Origin: Acidimicrobiales bacterium
GTDB taxonomy: Bacteria; Actinomycetota; Acidimicrobiia; Acidimicrobiales; JAUJNH01
Direction of reading: 5' to 3'
DNA length: 64,000 nt
Assembly: GCA_038253125.1 (NCBI GenBank)
Contig: JBBSHM010000002.1
Span: 946-64,945 of the forward strand
In this document: positions 27,635 through 37,302 of the stretch, piece after piece
Position numbering within the stretch: the first letter of the stretch is position 1
How the letters are laid out: each line of letters opens with the position of its first letter
Notes under the pieces: generated by a model
The model's input: only the letters and a program-made list of their open reading frames with translations
Database searches by the model: none
Told to the model about the DNA's origin: nothing
Program-made: the position numbers and the translations under genes

Positions 27635-27868
27635 ATGGAGGTCCGCATCGGTGTGACGCAGTCGGCTCGCGAGCTTGAGGTCGACCTCGGCGACGGCGCC
27701 GACGGAGTGGCTCTGGGCGTGGAGATCGAGGCGAAGCTGGCCGCTGGCGGCATCCTGTGGCTCACCGACAAGAAGGGACGCCGCGTCGGTGTCCCCACCG
27801 AGAAGGTGGCCTACGTCGAGCTCGGCTCCGCCGACGACAACCGCCGCGTCGGCTTCGGGCTGGGCTGA
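27635..27868 (+). CDS. DUF3107 family protein
   Basis: MEVRIGV..S.REL...LTD.KGR...VP..K+AYVE+G....R.VGF signature. Confidence 0.88.
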   Translation: MEVRIGVTQSARELEVDLGDGADGVALGVEIEAKLAAGGILWLTDKKGRRVGVPTEKVAYVELGSADDNRRVGFGLG

Positions 27869-27882
27869 CAAAGAGCCAGAAG

Positions 27883-28836
27883 GTGGCGGCGGCCTCGACG
27901 CCCCTCCTCGACCGCCGGCTGCTCTTCGTCTCGGGCAAGGGAGGCGTCGGCCGTTCCACGGTGGCAGCCGCTCTGGCGCTTTGCGCGGCCGAGCAGGGCA
28001 AGCGGGTGCTGGTGTGCGAGGTCGACGCCAAGGGCAACCTGGCCGACTTCTACGAGACGGCCCCTCTGCGCTTCGCCGAACGTGAGGTGTCGCCAGGCGT
28101 GTGGGCCATGGCCATGGACACCGAGGCGAGCCTGAAGCAGTACCTGTCGCTGCAGATGAAGATCCCGATCGTCGCCCGCGTCGGGCCCATCGCCCGGATG
28201 TTCGAGTTCATCGCCGTGGCCGGGCCCGGGGTGAAGGAGATCGTGACGATCGGCAAGTTCTGCTGGGAGGTGAAGCAACGCCACTACGACCTGGTCGTGG
28301 TCGATTCCTCGCCAACCGGCCACATCGTCGGTCAGCTGGCGTCGCCCCAGGCCATCAACGAGCTGGTCCAGGTCGGCCTGGTCCGCAGCCAGACCCAGTG
28401 GATGCTCGACATCCTCGGCGACCCGGCCCGAACCGGTCTGGTGATCGTGGCCACCCCCGAGGAGATGCCGGTGGCCGAGACCATCGAGCTGTCGCACCGC
28501 GTGCGGACCGAGACCAACGTCGACCTGGCCGCCGTGGTAGTGAACCGGGTGCTGCCGGAGCTGTTCGGCCGGGGCGAGGAGGAGGTGTTCGACCGCCTGG
28601 CCCAGGACCCGGACCGGCTGGCGGAGGCGATGGGAGGTGACGCCCGGCCGCTCCTCGACGCCGCAGGGCTAGCCGTCCGTCTGCGCCGCACCCGTGCCAT
28701 CCACCTGGAGCACCTCCGCCAGGGCATCGACCCGTCGGTCCCGCTGCTCTACGTGCCCTACCTGTTCCTGAAGGACCACGGCCTGCGGGCCACCCGGGTG
28801 GTGGCCGAGGCGCTCGGCGAGGAGCTGGCCACGTGA
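27883..28836 (+). CDS. ArsA/Get3-like anion-transporting ATPase (first of pair)
   Basis: SGKGGVGRST, PGVKE, PTGH, PEEMPV.ET; resembles Rv3679-type. Confidence 0.88.
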   Translation: MAAASTPLLDRRLLFVSGKGGVGRSTVAAALALCAAEQGKRVLVCEVDAKGNLADFYETAPLRFAEREVSPGVWAMAMDTEASLKQYLSLQMKIPIVARVGPIARMFEFIAVAGPGVKEIVTIGKFCWEVKQRHYDLVVVDSSPTGHIVGQLASPQAINELVQVGLVRSQTQWMLDILGDPARTGLVIVATPEEMPVAETIELSHRVRTETNVDLAAVVVNRVLPELFGRGEEEVFDRLAQDPDRLAEAMGGDARPLLDAAGLAVRLRRTRAIHLEHLRQGIDPSVPLLYVPYLFLKDHGLRATRVVAEALGEELAT

Positions 28837-28852
28837 GCGACCGGAGGCGACG

Positions 28853-30055
28853 ATGAGCCCGAGCCCGAGCCCGAGGGACGACCGGGCGCCGGTGGGGCGA
28901 CTCGAGTCGCTGCTGGCCGCCAAGGAGATCGTCATCGCCTGCGGGTCCGGCGGGGTCGGCAAGACCACGACCGCCGCCGCCGCCGCCGCCATGGCCGCCA
29001 CCCGTCCGCGGGGCCGGGTCTTGGTCCTCACCGTCGACCCGGCCAAGCGCCTGGCCGGTGCGCTGGGTCTGGACGGGTTCGACAACGTGGCGAGCCGGGT
29101 GCCTGACGCCGCCTTCCGGTCGGCCGGCGTTCAGCCCCGGGGCGAGCTGTGGGCCGCCATGCTCGACACCAAGCAGAGCTGGGACGACCTGGTGCGCCGC
29201 CACGCCCCGGACGCCCGCACCGCCGAGCAGATCCTGGCCAACAAGCTCTACGCCAACATCAGCGGCCGGTTCGTGCAGAGCCACGAGTACATCGCCATGG
29301 AGCGCCTCTACGAGCTGCACCAGTCCGGTCGCTACGACCTGATCGTGGTCGACACCCCACCGACCCGCAACGCCATCGACTTCCTCGAGGCCCCCTCGCG
29401 GATGGCCGACTTCTTCTCCAGCCGGTTCCTCAAGCTGCTGGCCGCCCCCTCGCGCAACCGGCTCGTCTCGGCGGCCACCAGGCCCTTCTACTCGGTGGCC
29501 GACCGGGTCCTCGGCAGCCAGTTCCTGTCCGACATCGGCGAGTTCTTCACCCTGTTCGAGCGGATGGGACCAGGTTTCGTCGAGCGGGCCCGGGCCGTCG
29601 AGCGGGTGCTGCACGACCGCCGCACCACCTTCCTCGTCATCACCACGCTCGAGGCGGCGCCGGCCCACGAGGCCGAGTTCTTCATCACCAGCCTCGACCG
29701 CATGGGCTTCCACCTGGGTGCGGTGGTCCTGAACAAGGTGCTTCCGGCTTGGCTGCTGGCCGACGAGCCGGCCCGGCTGGCCGAAGGGCTACGCGACCGG
29801 GTCGAGCCGGCGGTGGCGGCGCTCTCACCGGGGCTCGGGGCCGAGCCGGCTCAGGTCCACCGCGTCCTGTGCGAGGTGGCCGACGCCTTCCTCAACTACC
29901 AGGTGGTGGCCAGGAGGGAGGCCGAGCAGAAGGCCGAGCTGGCGGCCCGCTCCGAGGTGCTGGTCAGCGTCCCCGCCTTTGACCAGGACATCCACGACCT
30001 GGCCGGCCTCCTGCGCCTGGGCCAGGCCCTGCTCGATCAGGGGGGCGACGCCTAA
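28853..30055 (+). CDS. ArsA/Get3-like ATPase (second of pair)
   Basis: CGSGGVGKTT, TVDPAKRLA, EYIAMERL, DTPP.RNA.DFL.AP; resembles Rv3680-type. Confidence 0.9.
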   Translation: MSPSPSPRDDRAPVGRLESLLAAKEIVIACGSGGVGKTTTAAAAAAMAATRPRGRVLVLTVDPAKRLAGALGLDGFDNVASRVPDAAFRSAGVQPRGELWAAMLDTKQSWDDLVRRHAPDARTAEQILANKLYANISGRFVQSHEYIAMERLYELHQSGRYDLIVVDTPPTRNAIDFLEAPSRMADFFSSRFLKLLAAPSRNRLVSAATRPFYSVADRVLGSQFLSDIGEFFTLFERMGPGFVERARAVERVLHDRRTTFLVITTLEAAPAHEAEFFITSLDRMGFHLGAVVLNKVLPAWLLADEPARLAEGLRDRVEPAVAALSPGLGAEPAQVHRVLCEVADAFLNYQVVARREAEQKAELAARSEVLVSVPAFDQDIHDLAGLLRLGQALLDQGGDA

Positions 30056-30828
30056 CAGGCGTAGGTCTCGGGTTCCGTCAACGTCTGGAGGACGGCGGGA
30101 CTGGCGTCACGGGCCAGGATCTGGAGTTGCACCGTCTCGTTGACGACCCGGTCGAGCCGGACCATCCAGATGTCGGGCTGGTTGGGTTCGGGTGCCATCT
30201 GCACCTCGCGTCCCGAGACGATGGCCGACACGCCCATCACGCCGTCGGCGTCGACAACCATTGCCAGCACGTCCCAGGCATCTATGCACGGCGAGGACTG
30301 GGCGAACGTGGACCCGACGGGCGTGACGCGCGGTGGCGTGTTCGGCGGGGGAGGTGGGCTGGTCGGCGGAGGACTCGTCGGTGCCGGGGTCGGTGCTGGT
30401 GCCGGTCGTGGACGTGGCGCAGGTACCGGCGCCGGGCGGGGCGCGGTGGTGGTCACCTTCCTGGCGGTGGTGCTCGGGGCTACAGCGGGGCGTGGGGGCA
30501 CGACAGGGAGCGTCGGCGGAGGCAGGGAGGCGTCGGGGGTCAGGGAAGGCACCGTCTCTGTGAAGGGGGGGAAGGTGTCTGGCGTCCCCGGGTCGACGTC
30601 GGCCGGGAAGGTCGTGCTCGCGCCGGTCTTCAGAGCCGTCCGGTCGCTTCCGCCCTGGGCCAGCTGAAGCAGGCCGGCCACGAGCAGGACCACGCCAACC
30701 AAGGCCGCGACCAGGATCCAGCGGCTCCGACTGCTGACGACGGTGCTGACGCGCTGCTTGCCGACCACGAACGACGGCGGCGGGAACCCGTTGGGCATCC
30801 ACGGCTCGGTGTCGGGCTCGGCCATCAT
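30052..30828 (-). CDS. Single-pass Pro/Thr-rich membrane protein
   Basis: TM helix, long Pro/Thr linker, small beta domain; ATGA overlap with the sigma gene. Confidence 0.7.
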   Translation of the reverse strand: MMAEPDTEPWMPNGFPPPSFVVGKQRVSTVVSSRSRWILVAALVGVVLLVAGLLQLAQGGSDRTALKTGASTTFPADVDPGTPDTFPPFTETVPSLTPDASLPPPTLPVVPPRPAVAPSTTARKVTTTAPRPAPVPAPRPRPAPAPTPAPTSPPPTSPPPPPNTPPRVTPVGSTFAQSSPCIDAWDVLAMVVDADGVMGVSAIVSGREVQMAPEPNQPDIWMVRLDRVVNETVQLQILARDASPAVLQTLTEPETYAC

Positions 30829-31763
30829 GGGACCTCGTGTGATCGCAGCGGCGGAGCGGGGTCGCCGGCCTCGGGCGAGGAGCCGGCATCCAAGGGGACC
30901 GGCCTGTCTACGGGTTGAGTGGCCTCGGGCATAGCCGGCGGGGTGCTGGCCGGGATGACGGGTGCGCTGATCGGCTCCTGGAAGGCTTCGTTCGACGGGG
31001 GCCGGACCGTGCGGGCGTCGGCATCGATGCGCAGCACGATCCGTTCCAGCCCTTGTGCCTCTAGCGAGGCTGGGAAGGCTGCGGGGAGGGCGGAGGCGTA
31101 GAGGGCGAAGGGCGACGGAAGCTCAAAGCCGGCCTGGGTGCAGACGGCGCAGCCGTCGACGTGGCGGGAGATCAGGCTCGCCCCCTTCAGGGTGAAGCGG
31201 CCGTCCCAGCCCTTCAGCGCCTTTGTGAGGTCCGGGCAGCGCCCGCCGGCCGACCGGTCGACGAGGTAGCCGGTCAGGCCCTTCTCGATCGGGACCCGCA
31301 TCTCGGTCTCCAGCTGCCGGGCGTCGGCCACGCTGACGCCCAGCGCGTCGGCCAGGTCCTGGCCTTCGAGGCCCTGGCGCAGCGAGAGCTCGATCAGGGT
31401 CCTGTCACGCAGCGGCAGGTCGCCCACCGCCTCCCAGACCAGGTTGGCCAGGCGATCCTGCTCCGGGTCCAGGCCCGGCAGCGTGGGCCGCCGGTCGGGG
31501 CCGGCCACCGGACCTGCCCGCAGGGCGGCGTGGCGGCGGGTCACGGCCAGCAGCCACACGGCCAGACGATGCTCCTCCAGGAGCCCGGGCAGCCGTCGCC
31601 TGGCCTCGCCGAAGACGGACTCAACGACGTCGCCAGCGAGCCGGCGGTCCCGGAGGAGGGCAAGGGCGAGGTCGTGGACGCGTGCTGCGTAGCGGTCGAA
31701 GATGGCCGTGAAGGCCAGGCCGTCGCCTTCACAGGTGGAACGGACAAGCTCAGCATCGTCCAC
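30825..31763 (-). CDS. ECF-type sigma factor with C-terminal Zn-finger-like extension
   Basis: Region 2 'D.ELV....G...AF..+FDRY', region 4 'LPLRDR..IEL.LRQGL...DLA..LGVS'; RCPDL...HVDGCAVC. Confidence 0.78.
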   Translation of the reverse strand: MDDAELVRSTCEGDGLAFTAIFDRYAARVHDLALALLRDRRLAGDVVESVFGEARRRLPGLLEEHRLAVWLLAVTRRHAALRAGPVAGPDRRPTLPGLDPEQDRLANLVWEAVGDLPLRDRTLIELSLRQGLEGQDLADALGVSVADARQLETEMRVPIEKGLTGYLVDRSAGGRCPDLTKALKGWDGRFTLKGASLISRHVDGCAVCTQAGFELPSPFALYASALPAAFPASLEAQGLERIVLRIDADARTVRPPSNEAFQEPISAPVIPASTPPAMPEATQPVDRPVPLDAGSSPEAGDPAPPLRSHEVP

Positions 31764-31915
31764 CGCCCGCCAGGATAGAGAACTCAGCAGCCCTAAGGGG
31801 CTAGGCGCCGCTCCCCGCTACCTTGGCTGTGCGTGGAGGCCACGTCGGTGCGTGACGAGGTGGCGCGATGGTTCGCCGCATCGTTGCCCTGTGACCTGTA
31901 CGGCGGCGCGCGCTG

Positions 31916-33010
31916 ATGTCGGCGCTGGGCAAGAGCATCAGCCTGGGGCGGCTCGGACCGATCCCGATACAGCTCGACCCGTCGCTGTTCGTCATCCTGG
32001 CGCTGATCGGCTACGTCCCTGGCGTCACGTTCGCCGAGATCGTGGTCTGGGTCCTGGTCGCCGCCTTCTGCATCCTCGTCCACGAGCTGGGCCACGCCGT
32101 GGCCTTCCTGGCCTTTGGTCGCCGCCCGTCGGTGCTGCTCTACGGCTTCGGCGGGGTCACTTCGGCCGAGGGGGGCCTAGGGCCGTGGGCCAGCCTCACC
32201 ACCAGCCTCGCCGGCCCTGTCGCCGGGTTCGGCCTGGGGGGCCTGATCCTGCTCGCCGGGCTGTCAGGCGGCAGCCCTGACACCGGCTCGCTGGCCCACA
32301 CCGCCTTCCGGGACGGGCTCTTCGCCTGCTTCGGGTTCGGGATCTTGAACCTGCTGCCGATCCTCCCGCTCGACGGCGGGGCGGCGGTGGCCGCCTTCCT
32401 GCGAGGGGTGCGGGGGCCGTCGGGCGAGCAGCTGGCCCGTTACATCTCGATCGTCGTCGCCGCCGTCCTCGCCCTGGTGGCCCTGCGGTTCGGGCAGATC
32501 TTCGGCGGGCTGTTCGGCGTCATGTTCGCGGCGCAGAACTACCAGGAGGTGAAGCGTCACCGTGAGGAGCCGGAGCGTGAGCGGCTCCGGGGGGCCTACC
32601 AGTCCCTCTACGGTGGCGACCCGGCGGGGGCCGCCGCCCAGGCCCGCCAGGTGCTCGACGGCCGGGCTTCGGCCGACCTCAAGGAGATCGCCGCCGAGAC
32701 CGTGGTCTGGGCCGAGCTGGACCGGGGCGACCCCGCCGCCGCCCGGGCCGCGCTCAGCCTGCGCCCCGAGCGGCACGCCACTGACCACCGGCCCGTCGGC
32801 CGCATGGCTGAGGCTGCCGTCGCCCTGGCCGAGGGCGCGGGCGACCAGGCCCTGGCGGTGCTGGCCACCAGCCTCGACCAGGGCGAGCACGCTCCGCCGA
32901 ACATCCTGTTCCCGCTCCTCGAGCGGGTGGGGGTGCTGCCCGAGCTGTGGAGCCGCCTCGGGCCGGGCGGCCGTGATGCGCTTCAGCGCATGCACGCAGC
33001 CCGCGGCTAG
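31916..33010 (+). CDS. Site-2 protease (M50) with C-terminal helical-repeat domain
   Basis: HELGH, LAGP, NLLPILPLDGG motifs. Confidence 0.9.
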   Translation: MSALGKSISLGRLGPIPIQLDPSLFVILALIGYVPGVTFAEIVVWVLVAAFCILVHELGHAVAFLAFGRRPSVLLYGFGGVTSAEGGLGPWASLTTSLAGPVAGFGLGGLILLAGLSGGSPDTGSLAHTAFRDGLFACFGFGILNLLPILPLDGGAAVAAFLRGVRGPSGEQLARYISIVVAAVLALVALRFGQIFGGLFGVMFAAQNYQEVKRHREEPERERLRGAYQSLYGGDPAGAAAQARQVLDGRASADLKEIAAETVVWAELDRGDPAAARAALSLRPERHATDHRPVGRMAEAAVALAEGAGDQALAVLATSLDQGEHAPPNILFPLLERVGVLPELWSRLGPGGRDALQRMHAARG

Positions 33011-33018
33011 GCCCGGCT

Positions 33019-34563
33019 GTGGCAACGCTGCCCGAGCTGGCCCGCCTGCACACGCGCCTCGTTGGTGACCAGCTCTCACACCTGAACCGCCTGGTTGCCA
33101 GCTGGGGGATCCTGGCCGACCTCTGCTTCGCCGACCTGCTCCTGTTCGTGCCCGTGGCGGGCGGCGCCGGGAGCCCGGGGGAGGGGCCGTTCGGCGAGCG
33201 GAGGTTCGGCGAGGGGAGGTTCGGCGAGCGGAGGTTCATCGTTCTGGGCCAGGTGAGGCCCACCACCAGCCAGACCCTGCACACCGACGATCTGGTCGGG
33301 CGCGTCATCGACGAAGCCGAGAGGCCTCTCGTCGCCCGCGCCTTTTGGGCCGGCGAGATCATGGACGGCGAGGTGGCGGTCACCGGCCGGGGAGGCGAGC
33401 CCGCCCGCCTCCAGTGCATACCGGTGCGCCACCGGGGCGAGGTGGTGGCCGTGCTCACCCGGGAGGCGGCTCTGACGGTGGGCCGCCGCCCCGGCGAGCT
33501 AGAGCGGTCGTACATCGAGGTCTTCGAGCGGTTCGCCCGCATGCTCGTGTCCGGGTGCTTCCCCTATCCCGTCGACGAGGGGGCGATCGCTGAGTCGCCG
33601 AGGGTGGGCGACGGGGTGCTGCTCCTGGACGAGGCGGCCCGGGTGGTCTACGCCTCACCCAACGCCGTCAACCACCTGCACCGGATGAGCGTCTACACCA
33701 ACGCCGAGGGGGCCAGGCTTGACGAGGTCGGACTCGGCGGCAGCGCCATCACCGAGGCGTGGGATGCCGCCCTGCCGATCACCGAGGAGCTGGAGCGGCG
33801 TCCCGATGTAACGCTGCTGATGCGGGTCCTGCCCCTGCTCGACGGGAGGGGCGGCGCCGAGCCTCCCCTGGTGACCGGGGCCATCGTCCTGCTGCGCGAC
33901 GTCAGCGACGTACGGCTCCGCGAGCGCGAGCTGCTGTCGAAGGACGCCACGATCCGAGAGGTCCACCACCGGGTCAAGAACAACCTGCAGACCATCGGAT
34001 CGCTCCTGCGGCTGCAGGGTCGGCGGCTGCCACCGGGGGAGGGCCGAAACGCGCTGGCCGAGGCTGAGCGGCGCATCCGCTCGATCGCCCTGGTGCATGA
34101 GATCCTGAGCCGCGAGGCGGGGGAGCAGGTGCCCTTCGACCAGATCGTCGGCTTCCTCATCCGCATGGCCGAGGATGCCACCATCTCGCCCGAGGCACCG
34201 GTGCGATTCAGCGTCGAGGGCTCGGCCGGCGAGCTCCCGGCCACCCTGGCCACGCCGCTATCGGTCGTCCTGAGCGAGCTGCTGCAGAACGCCATCGAGC
34301 ACGGCTACCCCGAAGGCTCCTCAGGCGGCCACGTCCACATCACGCTGGCCAACGACGGCGACTGCCTGCGGGTCGTGGTGCAGGACGACGGCCGTGGCCT
34401 GCCGGCCGGCTTCACCATCGACCGTACCCGCAGCCTCGGGCTGTCGATCGCCCGCGACCTTGTGACCACCCAGATGGGCGGCACCATCAGCCTGTCGGCC
34501 GAGGAGGGCACCAGGGTCGTGCTCGACATCCCCGTCCCGCCCCCCGAGATCCTGCCGGGGTGA
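33019..34563 (+). CDS. pdtaS: PdtaS-like cytoplasmic sensor histidine kinase
   Basis: N-terminal 'LADL.FAD', RVGDG, KDATIREVHHRVKNNLQ (HisKA_2), DDGRG, LGL; synteny with whiB and DAGK. Confidence 0.88.
   Translation: MATLPELARLHTRLVGDQLSHLNRLVASWGILADLCFADLLLFVPVAGGAGSPGEGPFGERRFGEGRFGERRFIVLGQVRPTTSQTLHTDDLVGRVIDEAERPLVARAFWAGEIMDGEVAVTGRGGEPARLQCIPVRHRGEVVAVLTREAALTVGRRPGELERSYIEVFERFARMLVSGCFPYPVDEGAIAESPRVGDGVLLLDEAARVVYASPNAVNHLHRMSVYTNAEGARLDEVGLGGSAITEAWDAALPITEELERRPDVTLLMRVLPLLDGRGGAEPPLVTGAIVLLRDVSDVRLRERELLSKDATIREVHHRVKNNLQTIGSLLRLQGRRLPPGEGRNALAEAERRIRSIALVHEILSREAGEQVPFDQIVGFLIRMAEDATISPEAPVRFSVEGSAGELPATLATPLSVVLSELLQNAIEHGYPEGSSGGHVHITLANDGDCLRVVVQDDGRGLPAGFTIDRTRSLGLSIARDLVTTQMGGTISLSAEEGTRVVLDIPVPPPEILPG
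33189..33237. repeat. 15-bp tandem repeat x3 in pdtaS (FGERR/FGEGR)
   Basis: GTTCGGCGAG(C/G)GGAG x3, in frame. Confidence 0.9.
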
Positions 34564-34578
34564 GCGGACAGGGCTGGC

Positions 34579-34878
34579 TCAGGCCGTGGCGCGGGTGGTG
34601 CGCTGGCGGGCCAGCCAGGCCTTGCGCAGCTTGCGGCGCTCCTCCTCGGAGGTGCCGCCCCACACGCCCGACTCCTGGTTGGTGGCCAGAGCGAACTCGA
34701 GGCACTGGGGCTGGGCCTCGCACATGCGGCAGACGGCCTTGGCCGACTCGATCTGCTCCAGGGCCACGCCTGTCGTCCCGATGGGGAAGAACAGGTCGGG
34801 GTCGGTGTCACGGCATGCGGCGTGGGTGCGCCAGTCGGCGACATCCCAGTCGATAGAGCGGTGCCAGGTCAAGGTCAC
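34579..34878 (-). CDS. WhiB-family Fe-S regulator (WhiB1-like)
   Basis: DWR..AAC...DPDLFFP.G, AK.VC..C....C, GVWGG.SE.ER; start estimated at GTG 34878. Confidence 0.93.
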   Translation of the reverse strand: MTLTWHRSIDWDVADWRTHAACRDTDPDLFFPIGTTGVALEQIESAKAVCRMCEAQPQCLEFALATNQESGVWGGTSEEERRKLRKAWLARQRTTRATA

Positions 34879-35049
34879 GGCGGCCTCCGAGGGCACAGAT
34901 GTTTGGTCAGGGACAGGGCACAGATGTTCGGGAACGAGAGTGAAAACGTTCACATGAGCCCCCCGACCCATGCACCGGACGTCACACCTCCGGACACGAG
35001 ACCTTAAACCCTCGCATCCCCCGATGGCAACGGTCGTGGCGGGAAAATC

Positions 35050-35985
35050 TCACCTCTTGTCGGTTGCCGGCGGGATGGCCAGGGTCAGCAGGTCAGGGAC
35101 CCATGCCAGCTCCAGGCGCTCGGCGTCGCCCAGGTGGTCGCCGTCGACCTGGTACGGGAACGGACCGTGGCCGGTCACGGTGACCCGCTCCAGGTCATGG
35201 CGCTCGACCACCCTGGCGTCACGGGAGAGCCGGTCGCCGCCGAGCAGGGCCTCGGTCAGGTAGCGCAGCGTGGGCAGCAGATCGAGGTCGCGGAAGCTGA
35301 GCATCGTGAGGGGCCGGTCGAGGGCGGCGTTGGGGTTGGTCTCGAAGGGCCGGTTGCCGAGGAAGGTGTAGGGGTTGGAGTTCTGGCACAGCGCGAAGAC
35401 GGCGTCGTCGACGACGGTGCCGTCGGGGTGGCGGACGGCGAAGCGGGGCCGGCTGCGGTCGTAGGTGCGGCTCCACGCCTGCAGGCCGCAGAGGGCGAAC
35501 AGCGGGTGGCCGGCCCACCGCTTCAGCTGGCCCCGCCGCTCCACCAGTCGGACCACCTCGGCGTCGAGACCCATCCCGACGTGGAACAAGAAGTAGCGGC
35601 CGTTCACCGAGCCGAGCCCGATCCGCTGGGTGGAGCCGGCGTCGAGGGCGCTGAGCAGCTCGCTGGTGGCCTCGATCGGATCGTTGGCCATCCCGATCGT
35701 CCGGGCGAACACGTTGGTCGAGCCTCCGGGCAGCACCCCGAGGGTGGTGTCACTGCCGGCGAGCCCGTTGGCCACCTCGTTCAGGGTCCCGTCGCCGCCC
35801 AGGGCGACCACCACCTCCATGCCGTCAGCCACCGCCCCCTGGGCCAGACGGGTGGCGTGGCCGCGCCGGTGGGTCACCACCACCTTCACGTCGTGATCGG
35901 CCCCGAGCGCCTTGGCGATGACGATCCTGGCCCGCGGGGTGACCGAGGAGGCCGACGGGTTCCCGATCAGGAGGAGGCGAGCCAA
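35050..35985 (-). CDS. Diacylglycerol kinase family lipid kinase
   Basis: NPSA, GGDGTLNEVANGL, LPGGSTNVFAR, QVDGD. Confidence 0.9.
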   Translation of the reverse strand: MARLLLIGNPSASSVTPRARIVIAKALGADHDVKVVVTHRRGHATRLAQGAVADGMEVVVALGGDGTLNEVANGLAGSDTTLGVLPGGSTNVFARTIGMANDPIEATSELLSALDAGSTQRIGLGSVNGRYFLFHVGMGLDAEVVRLVERRGQLKRWAGHPLFALCGLQAWSRTYDRSRPRFAVRHPDGTVVDDAVFALCQNSNPYTFLGNRPFETNPNAALDRPLTMLSFRDLDLLPTLRYLTEALLGGDRLSRDARVVERHDLERVTVTGHGPFPYQVDGDHLGDAERLELAWVPDLLTLAIPPATDKR

Positions 35986-35986
35986 G

Positions 35987-36733
35987 TCAGGCCGAGACCT
36001 CGCGGAGCACGGCCAGGCTCTTGGCCAGCAGCCGGGACACGTGCATCTGGCTGATGCCGAGCTCGGTGGCGATCTCGGCCTGGGTCCGGTCGTCCCAGAA
36101 TCGCAGGTGCACGATCCGCCGCTCGCGGGGGGCGAGGCGGTCGAGCAGGCCGGCCAGCTCGACCCGTTGCTCGGCGGTGGCCATCGCTACATCGGCCTTG
36201 CCCAGCGTCGAGGCGACGCTCGCATCGCCGTCTGCCCCCGGGGCGGGTGCATCCAGCGAGGACGAGCGGTAGGCCTGACCGGCCTCGAGCGCCTCGAGCA
36301 CCTCCTCCTCGGTGACGCTGGCGGACGATGCCAGCTCGGCCACGGTGGGCGAGCGGCCCAGGCTCTGGCTCAGCTCGTCGACCAGCCGGGTCAGCTCGAG
36401 GTACAGCTCCTGGAGCCGACGGGGGGCGCGCACGGCCCAGCCGGCGTCGCGGAAGTGGCGTTTCAGCTCTCCGAGGATGGTGTGGGCGGCGTAGGTGGCG
36501 AACTCGACGCCGCGCTCGGCATCGAACCGCTCCACCGCCTTGAGCAGGCCGATCGAGGCGACCTGCACGAGGTCGTCCAGCGGCTGGCCTCGGTCGGCGA
36601 AGCGGCGGGCCAGGTGGCGGGCCAGGGGGAGGTGACCTTCGATCAGCCGGGCGGCGGCCGCCGGGCTGCGGGTCTCGACGTAGGCATCGAGGAGCCGACG
36701 GAGCTCCTCCCGCCGGGCGGCATCCAGCGCCAC
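35987..36733 (-). CDS. SigB/SigF/SigG-family sigma factor
   Basis: DDLVQVASIGLLKAVERFD, TILGELKRHFRD, PRRLQEL, QAEIA.ELGISQMHVSRLL. Confidence 0.92.
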   Translation of the reverse strand: MALDAARREELRRLLDAYVETRSPAAAARLIEGHLPLARHLARRFADRGQPLDDLVQVASIGLLKAVERFDAERGVEFATYAAHTILGELKRHFRDAGWAVRAPRRLQELYLELTRLVDELSQSLGRSPTVAELASSASVTEEEVLEALEAGQAYRSSSLDAPAPGADGDASVASTLGKADVAMATAEQRVELAGLLDRLAPRERRIVHLRFWDDRTQAEIATELGISQMHVSRLLAKSLAVLREVSA

Positions 36734-37248
36734 TAGACCTGCTTGGTTCTCATGCGGAAGCCGGGGCCCTGGCCATCGGCGGGCTCCAGCAGGCCGTAGT
36801 CCTCGACGAGGGTGTCGAGGATCCGCAACGAGAGCGCAGACAGCTCCCCGTGTCGTCCATCTGCCGCCGAAGCTGCCGCCGAAGCTGCCGCCGAAGCTGC
36901 CGCCGAAGCTGCCGCCGAAGCTGCCGCCGAAGCTGCCGCTGGCTCCTCGTCCGGCCCGGGCTGGAGCCGGCCCTCGACGGTGAAGGCGGCGTCGAGGATG
37001 ATGAACCGCACCGCCAGAGTGGCTGTGACGCCGGCTTTTGACGCCACCGTCCAGCACAGCTCGTCGACCGCCAGCCGTACGTCCTCGACGGCGTCGATGG
37101 GGAAGCCGAGGCGACTGGCCAGACCGGATGCGACCACCCGCACCAGGCGCAGCAGGTCGGGGGTGGTCGGGACCTCGAGGCGGATCTCGTCGCCTGCGCC
37201 CCTCCGCTCGGCCACAGCGTCGGAACCTACACCTCCCGAACCGGCCAT
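36733..37248 (-). CDS. RsbW-like anti-sigma factor
   Basis: 'LRLVRVVASGLASRLGF..D.+ED+RLAVDEL', 'IL..LV.D'; directly upstream of the sigma gene. Confidence 0.82.
   Translation of the reverse strand: MAGSGGVGSDAVAERRGAGDEIRLEVPTTPDLLRLVRVVASGLASRLGFPIDAVEDVRLAVDELCWTVASKAGVTATLAVRFIILDAAFTVEGRLQPGPDEEPAAASAAASAAASAAASAAASAAASAADGRHGELSALSLRILDTLVEDYGLLEPADGQGPGFRMRTKQV
36861..36939. repeat. 12-bp tandem repeat x6.5 in anti-sigma gene (AAAS)n
   Basis: CTGCCGCCGAAG six perfect copies plus a partial copy. Confidence 0.95.
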
Positions 37249-37302
37249 CCCGAGGCGCTGCGGCGATTGGTCGTGCCCCGAGGTTCGGACGAAGATGCCG
37301 CC

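Noticed and set aside
33019..35985. PdtaS-WhiB-DAGK cluster as a novel system
   Set aside because: Matches known conserved actinobacterial synteny (Rv3218-whiB1-Rv3220c).
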